IMG/VR virus record: IMGVR_UViG_3300032240_001991
Location: 186,001-250,000 of that record
Strand: one strand, 5' to 3'
Length of the DNA: 64,000 nucleotides
The notes beneath the pieces are model-generated. The model saw only the letters and a program-made list of their open reading frames with translations. It had not been told where the DNA came from and did not search any database. Made by a program: the position numbers and the translations under genes. Each line of letters begins with the position of its first letter. The stretch's first letter is position 1. Positions 1 through 7,479 of the stretch are shown piece after piece.

Positions 1-1
1 G

Positions 2-172
2 GCCCTTTGGTCTATGATTATAGTTGCAATAAGCGGATTTATAGGCAGATTCCTTTATCATCGAACAGGCTGGGAAATTCTATTTAAGTGGTGGCACATA
101 GTGCATTTACCTTTTGTAGGGATGCTAGTTTTAACAGCAATCATACATATTTTCTCAACATTCTATTATTAA
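2..172 (+). CDS. C-terminal fragment (runs off window start) of a His-rich inner-membrane protein, cytochrome b-like partner of porin-cytochrome clusters
   Basis: Hand translation of frame 2: ALWSMIIVAISGFIGRFLYHRTGWEILFKWWHIVHLPFVGMLVLTAIIHIFSTFYY*. Two hydrophobic helices, a WHxxHxP motif and a further intramembrane His; directly upstream of the porin and cytochromes. Confidence 0.7.
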   Translation, partial: ALWSMIIVAISGFIGRFLYHRTGWEILFKWWHIVHLPFVGMLVLTAIIHIFSTFYY

Positions 173-188
173 TGTACATATATTATCC

Positions 189-196
189 TATAAATA
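189..196 (+). promoter_or_regulatory. T4-type late promoter motif TATAAATA
   Basis: Exact TATAAATA in the 53-nt gap, 30 nt upstream of the GTG at 226. AT-rich background makes chance matches possible. Confidence 0.45.
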
Positions 197-225
197 GATA
201 AAAATCTGTCTATAGAGGGAATATT

Positions 226-2415
226 GTGACGCCACAGGCTGTAATAGATTCTACAAATTTTAATGATCTATTTGATGATTTAAATTTTACATCTACTCTG
301 AACAGCCTATTGGATAGTGATCTTGGTGTTCAAGATACGCTTAATAAATTAAAAACTCAAAAAGTATTACCTAAAGAAAATCTTAATTCTTTATTAGAAG
401 AAAATAAAGTTATAACAGATAAAACAGTATTTGTTACAAAAAAACCGCAAAAGAAAAGTAAGACTTTATCTAGGTCAATTGCAGTTATATTAGGGTTAAC
501 ATCTTACGCCGGATATTTTAATTTTAATAATACAGAGCTAGTATCTATACCTGTACCTACTCCAGCAGAACAAAAAAAAACTAATCAAATACCTTTTAAG
601 TTTACTAAACCAATTGTAGAAAATACTCGTACAACAACTCATATTGGTCCTAAAGATATTACTTCTATAGAAACAACAGATAATACTCCAGAACTAGTTC
701 AGCCTACGGTCCAAGAAACTCAAGAAGATCAACAACCAAAAATTTTTTTAGATACTCGAGATCCTCAAATATTAATAGACGAAGCTAGAGCATTATTAAT
801 TAGTGGACCTGAAAATTACGAACAAGCAATAACCAATTTACGAAGTGTTATTTTAAGTCAACCGTTAAAAAGTGATTACGCAAAAACTGCACACGAAATG
901 TTAGGATACGCCTACGAAAAATCAAAAAAGTGGGATAAAGCAATGGGAGAGTATTCTAAGTATCTTGCACTTTATCCAGAAGATAACGAAGATAGAACTA
1001 GAGTCAAACAAAGACTAATGGCGCTAGAAATTTTTAAAACTCCTGAAGGGTTTGATATTAATAAAAGCGCAATAAAACAAAAACCAAGAGAAGGCGATAA
1101 ACAGGAACTAAGTGGTTCAATTTCAGAGTATCTTTACTCAGATTCAAACTCAGATGAATTGAAATTCCTGCAATGGAACAATAAACAGATTAATTCGATT
1201 ACTGGAATTAATCTATTATATCAATGGCAACATAATCAATATTCTCTTACATCTAAAATAAGATTAACAGAAGTAAGAGATTTAACCGGTAAGAAAGGAA
1301 ATAGGAATAATTTAGGATTAGCTTATGTTGATTTTGACGATTCTTGGAAAGAGTATAATATAAGAGCAGGAAGACAATCTCCCGAAGCAGGTGCAATAAG
1401 TAAATTTGATGGTCTTTCTACAACAATTTCTTTAAACGATAAAATTAAAATTAAAGCTGCTGCTGGATCCCCTTACGTTGGCCCAGGAAACAACACAAAT
1501 AGAAAATTTATAGGAACAGAAATATCATACGAACGAGGACCATCTTTAACTCTAGGTGGATATTTAAATAGAGGAACTGCAGATGGATTTTTAGAACGAA
1601 TGGCAATTGGCACCGAAGTATGGTATCATAAAGGAGCAAATACAGGAATTCTAAGAACTGAATACGATACCTTATACCACTCATGGAATTCTATAACTTT
1701 TCAAGGAAGTACAGGAGTTAAAGGATATCGTTTATTTGGTGTTTATGAAAAAAGAAGAAGCCCAATGCCATTTGGAGACGTTGGATTAGGAATAGGATTA
1801 TTAAGTCCTGATAAACAGGTATATAATTCAGTAGGAAGTTTGGTCAGTGAATCAGGATTAAGTTCTTCAGAGATCTATCATTACATTTCTGATACAACCC
1901 CAACTGCTTCAGCTTTGGTATTAGGTATTAGTAAGCCTTTAAATGAAGATTGGACCGCTACTTTTAATTGGCAGAAAACAAATTTATCAACTACACCAGG
2001 GTTTGATCTAACTCCAAACTTTGATAGTGTCCCTGTACAGGTAGGACAAAATAATAACTATTCTTATAATTTACATTTAAGAGCGGAAAATTTTAAAATA
2101 GCAGGCAATACATTTGAAATAGTAATGAATCAAACCACTGGACAGATACAAGCTCGATATATTACACTTGCAGACAGTTTTAAATTTAATGGTAAAAAAG
2201 ATATATTTTTTGGTATTTTAAGAGCGGACGAATATGCGCAAAGTTATGGCACAAATAAATCTTTAAGTTTAATCTTAAGAGAAATACATTCTCTAAGTGA
2301 TCAAACCTCAATTGAAACCCAGTACGGTATATCTATAGGTAAAAACATTTATCTAAATCAATCTTTACCTAATACTAATCAAAATTTCTATATTGGAATA
2401 CGTCATGATTTTTAA
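226..2415 (+). CDS. TPR-containing outer-membrane beta-barrel (porin) protein
   Basis: Hydrophobic segment near residues 85-100; TPR-like HEMLGYAYEKSKKWDKAMGEYSKYLALYPE; long C-terminal region of alternating amphipathic strands ending in IGIRHDF (terminal Phe, BAM-type signal). Confidence 0.75.
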   Translation: MTPQAVIDSTNFNDLFDDLNFTSTLNSLLDSDLGVQDTLNKLKTQKVLPKENLNSLLEENKVITDKTVFVTKKPQKKSKTLSRSIAVILGLTSYAGYFNFNNTELVSIPVPTPAEQKKTNQIPFKFTKPIVENTRTTTHIGPKDITSIETTDNTPELVQPTVQETQEDQQPKIFLDTRDPQILIDEARALLISGPENYEQAITNLRSVILSQPLKSDYAKTAHEMLGYAYEKSKKWDKAMGEYSKYLALYPEDNEDRTRVKQRLMALEIFKTPEGFDINKSAIKQKPREGDKQELSGSISEYLYSDSNSDELKFLQWNNKQINSITGINLLYQWQHNQYSLTSKIRLTEVRDLTGKKGNRNNLGLAYVDFDDSWKEYNIRAGRQSPEAGAISKFDGLSTTISLNDKIKIKAAAGSPYVGPGNNTNRKFIGTEISYERGPSLTLGGYLNRGTADGFLERMAIGTEVWYHKGANTGILRTEYDTLYHSWNSITFQGSTGVKGYRLFGVYEKRRSPMPFGDVGLGIGLLSPDKQVYNSVGSLVSESGLSSSEIYHYISDTTPTASALVLGISKPLNEDWTATFNWQKTNLSTTPGFDLTPNFDSVPVQVGQNNNYSYNLHLRAENFKIAGNTFEIVMNQTTGQIQARYITLADSFKFNGKKDIFFGILRADEYAQSYGTNKSLSLILREIHSLSDQTSIETQYGISIGKNIYLNQSLPNTNQNFYIGIRHDF

Positions 2416-2935
2416 AATTTTATCTACAATCTTTCTTTTATTTTTTTCTTATCAAATTTCAGCAGCAGAGTGCACTGCATATGAAAAATTACATCCATTA
2501 TGGCCATTAACCGGAGCTCATTTAAGTACAGGAAAGTGTACGACCTGTGCATATTGCCATATTCCTGCAGGTAACCCTGTATGGATAGGAACTCCAAGAA
2601 TGTGTATTTCCTGTCATAACGGAGATCCTAGATGGACAACAGTAGGAAGGAGCGCCAAACATTTACCTACGTTGTTATTAGATTGCGCAGGTTGTCATAA
2701 TACCTTAGCTTTTAATAACAAAAACGGAATAACTCAGATGATGATACACAATACTGGATACCCTACGGTCATGTGTAAAGGTTGCCATAATGGTATGTAT
2801 ACCAGCTATGGTGCACAAGGAATGTCAAATGATCATCCTAAAACGGTAACTAGGAATGGTGTAAAAATAACCGTAGCTGCTGTTGACTGTAATTATAGTG
2901 GTTGCCATAACCCTAACCGTAATTCATTTAATTAA
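2393..2935 (+). CDS. Secreted multiheme cytochrome c (4 CxxCH + 1 CX4CH)
   Basis: Signal peptide (start may be ATG 2405); motifs CAYCH, CISCH, CAGCH, CKGCH and CNYSGCH. Confidence 0.88.
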   Translation: MEYVMIFKILSTIFLLFFSYQISAAECTAYEKLHPLWPLTGAHLSTGKCTTCAYCHIPAGNPVWIGTPRMCISCHNGDPRWTTVGRSAKHLPTLLLDCAGCHNTLAFNNKNGITQMMIHNTGYPTVMCKGCHNGMYTSYGAQGMSNDHPKTVTRNGVKITVAAVDCNYSGCHNPNRNSFN

Positions 2936-2943
2936 TATAATCT

Positions 2944-2966
2944 ATGTAGATTTTTAAAATCTACAT
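2944..2966. repeat. Perfect 11-bp inverted repeat ATGTAGATTTT-T-AAAATCTACAT
   Basis: Between the two cytochrome genes, 3 nt upstream of TATAAATA; could be an operator or an RNA hairpin. Confidence 0.6.
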
Positions 2967-2969
2967 TTG

Positions 2970-2977
2970 TATAAATA
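2970..2977 (+). promoter_or_regulatory. T4-type late promoter motif TATAAATA
   Basis: Exact match upstream of the GAGGAG RBS (2988-2993) of the heptaheme gene. Confidence 0.45.
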
Positions 2978-3000
2978 ATGTATATTTGAGGAGAAGAATT

Positions 3001-3807
3001 GTGAATAAGTTTAAAAAGTTAATAACTTCAGTCACTGTAATGTTAGGTTTACTTTTTTCTTTTATTAGTGTGCCAACTGTTGTTACAGGAGCATTATTCT
3101 TTTCTCCTTCAGCAGAAGCTGCTGAATGTACGTTATATGAGACTATACACCCTAACTTTCCGTTAACTGGTGCTCACTTATCTACTGGTAAGTGTAGTAC
3201 GTGTGCGAGTTGCCATGCTGGTGGAATATTCCTAGGAACTCCAAAAATCTGTGCAACCTGTCACAACGGAAATCCTAGTGGTCAAATTTCATCTGCTACT
3301 GTAGGGAAATCAGCATTGCATCCTCCAATTGGAACTACAAGTTGCGATTCTTGCCATAATACTACTAGCTTTACTGCTACATGGAAAATGAATCACGCTA
3401 GCGTGAGTGGACAAAGATGCGACAGCTGTCATAACGGTTCCTACACCACTTATGCGGCCATGGGTAAACCAAGAGATCACATTCCAACCACTGCAGACTG
3501 CGGTACTTGCCACGTTACTAAAGACACTAGCTCACACAATAGCGATGCTTGGGGCATGTCGCTTGCTGAAATACATCGTGGTATCACATCAGGCTGTGTT
3601 ACTTGCCATGACGGTGCGCACCATCCAGCACTAGGTAAGATAGACTATGCCCCCGGACATCCTAGCACCAGCGATGCCTGCGAAACTTGCCACAGCATTA
3701 ATAATACTTTCAAATGTGCGTCGTTGATTCATGACAAGATGTTTATGTATTCGTTAAAACAAGGCCTAGCAGGCTTAATTAAAACTTCAGATAAAAATCG
3801 AATATAA
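3001..3807 (+). CDS. Secreted heptaheme cytochrome c
   Basis: GTG start at 3001 follows GAGGAG (ORF track starts 2986). Signal peptide ending AEA-A; seven CxxCH: CASCH, CATCH, CDSCH, CDSCH, CGTCH, CVTCH, CETCH; extra His residues available as distal ligands. Confidence 0.9.
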   Translation: MNKFKKLITSVTVMLGLLFSFISVPTVVTGALFFSPSAEAAECTLYETIHPNFPLTGAHLSTGKCSTCASCHAGGIFLGTPKICATCHNGNPSGQISSATVGKSALHPPIGTTSCDSCHNTTSFTATWKMNHASVSGQRCDSCHNGSYTTYAAMGKPRDHIPTTADCGTCHVTKDTSSHNSDAWGMSLAEIHRGITSGCVTCHDGAHHPALGKIDYAPGHPSTSDACETCHSINNTFKCASLIHDKMFMYSLKQGLAGLIKTSDKNRI

Positions 3808-3821
3808 TCTATCTAATAACG

Positions 3822-3850
3822 GACGCCCCTTTTATGGGGCGTTCTCTTAT
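3822..3850 (+). terminator. Rho-independent terminator
   Basis: GACGCCCC-TTTTAT-GGGGCGTT followed by a T-rich tail, just after the cytochrome genes. Confidence 0.75.
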
Positions 3851-3919
3851 TTCAAATTTTGATTGCTAAAAAGATTGCATCTTTAATAAAATAGTATATA
3901 TTAGCAAAAATAAAAAAAT

Positions 3920-4014
3920 GCCCCTGTAGTTTAATGGTAGAACACCTGTTTTATACACAGGCTTTGGCGCCAGATTAGCGCACAGTGTCGGTTCGAGTCC
4001 GGCCGGGGGTACCA
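3920..4014 (+). tRNA. tRNA-Ile(UAU) with long variable arm
   Basis: Acceptor GCCCCTG/CGGGGGT + A-CCA; anticodon arm CCTGT-TTTATAC-ACAGG; ~25-nt variable region containing a GCGC/GCGC stem; T arm GTCGG-TTCGAGT-CCGGC. Confidence 0.8.
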
Positions 4015-4072
4015 GATTCTTACAATGCTAAAATATTAATTCTTAAATACCAGCACTAGAAAAGGAGTTATC

Positions 4073-4693
4073 ATGCAATCAACTAGATTAACCTGGCAAA
4101 CACAACAAGTTGGTAGGTTTATGTATCCCTATGCCTTTTGGGATAATTTTTTATCAGAAGATGAATTAAAGGCAATTGAACAGTTTTGCCTTACTAAGCC
4201 ATTAATAGATTCTATGACTATTGGCGGAGCAGAACAGGCTAACCTAACAGATGCCAGAAGATCTAAGAGTGTTATCTATGAATTTAATCCAGACATTTTC
4301 TGGATCTTTGATAGAATGAAGAGTATCACTGAGTATGTTAATTCTGAATGTTTTAACTTTGATCTATTAGGCTTTGATTATTTTCAATATGCCGAATATC
4401 AAGGGGAAGGATCACGGTATGAGTTTCATACTGATTTAATCTACGGTAACGATTTACCTCCTTATATGATATTTCCTCGAAAACTATCGTTTACTCTAGT
4501 TCTTAGTGACAATAGCGAATATACTGGTGGGGAATTACAATTTCAACCAGATACTCAAAATCCAGTTACACTTGATCAACGTAGAGGAAGAATTGTAGCA
4601 TTTCCGTCATGGGTACTGCACAGAGTATGTCCGTTAACATCAGGTACTAGAAGATCAATAGTCTGGTGGGCAACTGGACCTAAATTTAGGTAA
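4073..4693 (+). CDS. 2OG-Fe(II) oxygenase (prolyl-hydroxylase/PKHD type)
   Basis: HxD (FHTD), RKLSFTLVL..Y.GGEL, FPSWVLHRV and RRSIVWW..G motifs. Confidence 0.88.
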   Translation: MQSTRLTWQTQQVGRFMYPYAFWDNFLSEDELKAIEQFCLTKPLIDSMTIGGAEQANLTDARRSKSVIYEFNPDIFWIFDRMKSITEYVNSECFNFDLLGFDYFQYAEYQGEGSRYEFHTDLIYGNDLPPYMIFPRKLSFTLVLSDNSEYTGGELQFQPDTQNPVTLDQRRGRIVAFPSWVLHRVCPLTSGTRRSIVWWATGPKFR

Positions 4694-4699
4694 AAAATT

Positions 4700-5212
4700 A
4701 TGAGTAATCTACAGATTTTTAAAAATGTTTTACGACCAGAAACTCTAGCTGCTGTTTTAGAAGAAAGAACAAATTTCTTAGGACAACCAGTTTGGAGATG
4801 TAGCGATCATTTTTGGGGAGAAGAAATTAAAGTTGGCGTCACTGGAGTGGTTACTTCAACGATGTGCAGCCACAGAATAGGTGAAATGGTCAGAAACGAC
4901 ATATTGCACATTATGCCCCCTTGTACTACAATGGCGGTACAACATTATATGTGGCATAAGCATTCCGCAATTAGTAGTCATAATGATTGGGCGTATGCAT
5001 GGGCAGCTACAATTTACTTAAACGAAAACTGGAATTTAGATTGGGGTGGACTGTTCATGTGGCAAGATTCAGATAACGGAGAAATACACGGGCACGTTCC
5101 TGAATACAATAGCATGGCTCTTAATAAAGGCAAGGTTAATCATTTTGTTACTCCACTAAGTCCTTTAGCTCCAGAAAATAGAATTTCCTTACAAATCTGG
5201 GGTAAGGTATAA
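4700..5212 (+). CDS. 2OG-Fe(II) oxygenase
   Basis: HND, TIYLNENWNLDWGGLF, HFVTP and RISLQIW motifs. Confidence 0.8.
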   Translation: MSNLQIFKNVLRPETLAAVLEERTNFLGQPVWRCSDHFWGEEIKVGVTGVVTSTMCSHRIGEMVRNDILHIMPPCTTMAVQHYMWHKHSAISSHNDWAYAWAATIYLNENWNLDWGGLFMWQDSDNGEIHGHVPEYNSMALNKGKVNHFVTPLSPLAPENRISLQIWGKV

Positions 5213-5297
5213 ACTAGTTGACAGTTTAATAGTTTTTTGTTAAAGTACGAGCATGTTAAGACATAGTTAACATGCTCTTTAAAAAGTTTTTATTTTA

Positions 5298-5373
5298 GCT
5301 CCTTTCATCTAGAGGCCTAGGATGTTGCCCTTTCAAGGCAGGAACACGGGTTCGAATCCCGTAAGGAGCGCCA
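5298..5373 (+). tRNA. tRNA-Glu(UUC)
   Basis: Cloverleaf, loop CT-TTC-AA, CCA end. Confidence 0.93.
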
Positions 5374-5380
5374 GTTTATT

Positions 5381-5457
5381 GGCCCGTTAGCTCAATTGGT
5401 TAGAGCACTGGCCTGTCACGTCAGAGGTTACGGGTTCGAGTCCCGTACGGGTCGCCA
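5381..5457 (+). tRNA. tRNA-Asp(GUC)
   Basis: Cloverleaf, loop CT-GTC-AC, G73-CCA. Confidence 0.95.
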
Positions 5458-5463
5458 GTTTGT

Positions 5464-5539
5464 TGGAGTGTAGCTCAGCGGTAGTAGCGTTCGCCTGTTA
5501 AGCGAATGGTCATAGGTTCGAATCCTATCACTCCAGCCA
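5464..5539 (+). tRNA. tRNA-Asn(GUU)
   Basis: Cloverleaf, loop CT-GTT-AA, G73-CCA. Confidence 0.95.
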
Positions 5540-5544
5540 TTTTT

Positions 5545-5620
5545 AGTAGTGTAGCATAGTGGCTAATGCAGCACCTTCATACGGTGTCTATCATCGGTTC
5601 GAGTCCGATCACTACTACCA
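5545..5620 (+). tRNA. tRNA-CAU (elongator Met or lysidine-type Ile2)
   Basis: AGTAGTG/CACTACT acceptor with paired 1-72; loop TT-CAT-AC; CCA. Confidence 0.85.
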
Positions 5621-5625
5621 GTTTT

Positions 5626-5738
5626 AGGATGCCTACAGCAACGTAAATTACTCATGTCAAGAGAGTGGTCGCGGGTTCAATTCCCGCCTAGTCTTAGGAC
5701 TAGTAGCTCAGTTGGTAGAGCACTAAATTGTGTATCCT
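5626..5738 (+). ncRNA. AGGATGC-CTACAGCAA cassette enclosing a circularly permuted tRNA-Asp(GUC) body
   Basis: Outer stem AGGATGC/GTATCCT. Inside, the tRNA 3' half (5651-5694) precedes the 5' half (5697-5724), joined by TA; the rejoined halves give a 72-nt cloverleaf. Confidence 0.8.
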
Positions 5739-5748
5739 GTTTTATTTT

Positions 5749-5826
5749 GCACCGGTGGCGGAGTGGCCCAACGCAAGAGTCTGCAAAACTCTAAAGCCGT
5801 CAGTTCGAATCTGACCCGGTGCTCCA
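5749..5826 (+). tRNA. tRNA-Cys(GCA)
   Basis: Loop CT-GCA-AA, U73-CCA. Confidence 0.93.
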
Positions 5827-5864
5827 TTTCCTTGTATAAGTAATAAAAACTTTTTGAGGAAATT

Positions 5865-7154
5865 ATGAAAGATTATAAAATTCAAGACATTGGGCTAGCC
5901 GCGTGGGGCCATAAAGAAATTGCTATCGCAGAAACTGAAATGCCAGGATTGGTTGCTATTCGAGAAGAATATCGATCACAACAGCCACTAAAAGGTGCTA
6001 GAATTGCAGGGTCATTACATATGACTATTCAGACTGCTGTTTTAATTAAAACTCTAGTAGAACTAGGTGCCAGTGTACGCTGGTCGAGTTGTAATATCTT
6101 TTCAACGCAAGATCATGCAGCAGCCGCAGTTGCAGACTTAGGTATTCCTGTGTTTGCTTGGAAAGGCGAAACAGAAGAAGAATATTGGTGGTGCATTGAA
6201 CAGACGTTAAAAGGACCTGATGGTTGGTCGCCTAACATGATCCTCGACGACGGCCACGACCTTACTTGGTATGTAATGAATAAGTGTCCACAGCTTGTTG
6301 ATAACATTGTAGGAGTTAGTGAAGAGACCACTACAGGAATACATCGTATTATTGAAGCTATTAATAGAGGTGCGTTTCCATTCCGTGCTATTAACGTTAA
6401 CGACAGTGTAACCAAAAGTAAGTTTGATAATTTATACGGTTGTAGAGAAAGCCTAGTTGATGCAATTAAACGCGCAACTGACGTTATGATTGCAGGTAAG
6501 ACCGCAGTCGTATGTGGGTTCGGCGACGTAGGTAAAGGCTCTGCAGAAGCACTACGTGCACTTAGTGCCCAGGTTTGGGTTACTGAAGTTGATCCTATTT
6601 GCGCACTACAAGCAGCAATGGAAGGTTATCGTGTAGTTACTATGGAATATGCTGCTGATAAGGCAGACATTTTTGTAACCGCTACGGGCAATATCAATGT
6701 TATTACACACGACCATATGCAGGCAATGAAAAATAATGCTATTGTTTGCAACATTGGACATTTTGATAACGAAATTGATATTGCTGGATTAAAGAAATAT
6801 ACCTGGGAAAATATTAAACCTCAGGTAGATCATGTCATCTTCCCAAATGGCAAGCGTATTATTATACTTGCTGAAGGTCGATTAGTTAACTTAGGTTGCG
6901 CTACTGGGCACCCTAGTTATGTAATGAGTAACTCATTTACTAATCAAGTATTAGCCCAAGTTGAATTATGGACTAATTCATCTGCTTATGAAAAAGGCAA
7001 ACTTTACATATTGCCAAAACATCTAGATGAAAAGGTAGCTAGGTTGCATTTAGCACAGATAGGTGCTACAATTACTACATTAACTAAGGAACAGGCTGAA
7101 TACATCGGTGTAACAGTTGATGGTCCATTTAAGTCTGATTCTTATAGATATTAA
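5865..7154 (+). CDS. ahcY: S-adenosyl-L-homocysteine hydrolase
   Basis: [67 protein letters not shown] motifs. Confidence 0.97.
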   Translation: MKDYKIQDIGLAAWGHKEIAIAETEMPGLVAIREEYRSQQPLKGARIAGSLHMTIQTAVLIKTLVELGASVRWSSCNIFSTQDHAAAAVADLGIPVFAWKGETEEEYWWCIEQTLKGPDGWSPNMILDDGHDLTWYVMNKCPQLVDNIVGVSEETTTGIHRIIEAINRGAFPFRAINVNDSVTKSKFDNLYGCRESLVDAIKRATDVMIAGKTAVVCGFGDVGKGSAEALRALSAQVWVTEVDPICALQAAMEGYRVVTMEYAADKADIFVTATGNINVITHDHMQAMKNNAIVCNIGHFDNEIDIAGLKKYTWENIKPQVDHVIFPNGKRIIILAEGRLVNLGCATGHPSYVMSNSFTNQVLAQVELWTNSSAYEKGKLYILPKHLDEKVARLHLAQIGATITTLTKEQAEYIGVTVDGPFKSDSYRY

Positions 7155-7161
7155 AATTTGA

Positions 7162-7244
7162 GCGAGTGTGGTGGAACGGTATACACGACGGTCTTAGAAG
7201 CCGTTGCCTACGGCGTGGAGGTTCAAATCCTCTCACTCGCACCA
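7162..7244 (+). tRNA. tRNA-Leu(UAG)
   Basis: Loop CT-TAG-AA, long V arm, A73-CCA. Confidence 0.93.
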
Positions 7245-7250
7245 AGTTAT

Positions 7251-7324
7251 GCGGAGTTGGCATATGGGTTGTGCTCAAGCCTTCCAAGCTTGCTAAACGG
7301 GTTCGAGTCCCGTACTCCGCTCCA
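7251..7324 (+). tRNA. tRNA-Gly(UCC)
   Basis: Loop CT-TCC-AA, U73-CCA. Confidence 0.92.
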
Positions 7325-7333
7325 GATTTAAAT

Positions 7334-7409
7334 GGCCTCGTAGCTCAGTGGATAGAGCAGTAGCCTTCTAAGCTATTGGTCGCAGGTTCAAATCCTGCCG
7401 AGGTCGCCA
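7334..7409 (+). tRNA. tRNA-Arg(UCU)
   Basis: Loop CT-TCT-AA, CCA. Confidence 0.95.
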
Positions 7410-7423
7410 GTTATAAAAGTTTT

Positions 7424-7479
7424 AGGATGCCTACAGCAAATAAAAAATCAAACTTTGAAATTTGAAAAATGCGCATCCT
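7424..7479 (+). ncRNA. Second AGGATGC-CTACAGCAA cassette, enclosing a Gln(UUG)-anticodon-like hairpin
   Basis: Same 21-nt 5' flank (GTTTTAGGATGCCTACAGCAA) and ATCCTGTTTTATTTT 3' flank as the 5626 copy; outer stem AGGATGC/GCATCCT; inner TCAAA-CTTTGAAA-TTTGA. Confidence 0.7.

Noticed and set aside
5249-5277. 11-bp hairpin GAGCATGTTAA/TTAACATGCTC before the first tRNA array
   Set aside because: Adequately explained as a terminator or leader hairpin; no further evidence of a distinct RNA.
7166-7363. 65-aa ORF in the ORF track
   Set aside because: Lies entirely over tRNA-Leu/Gly/Arg genes; spurious.
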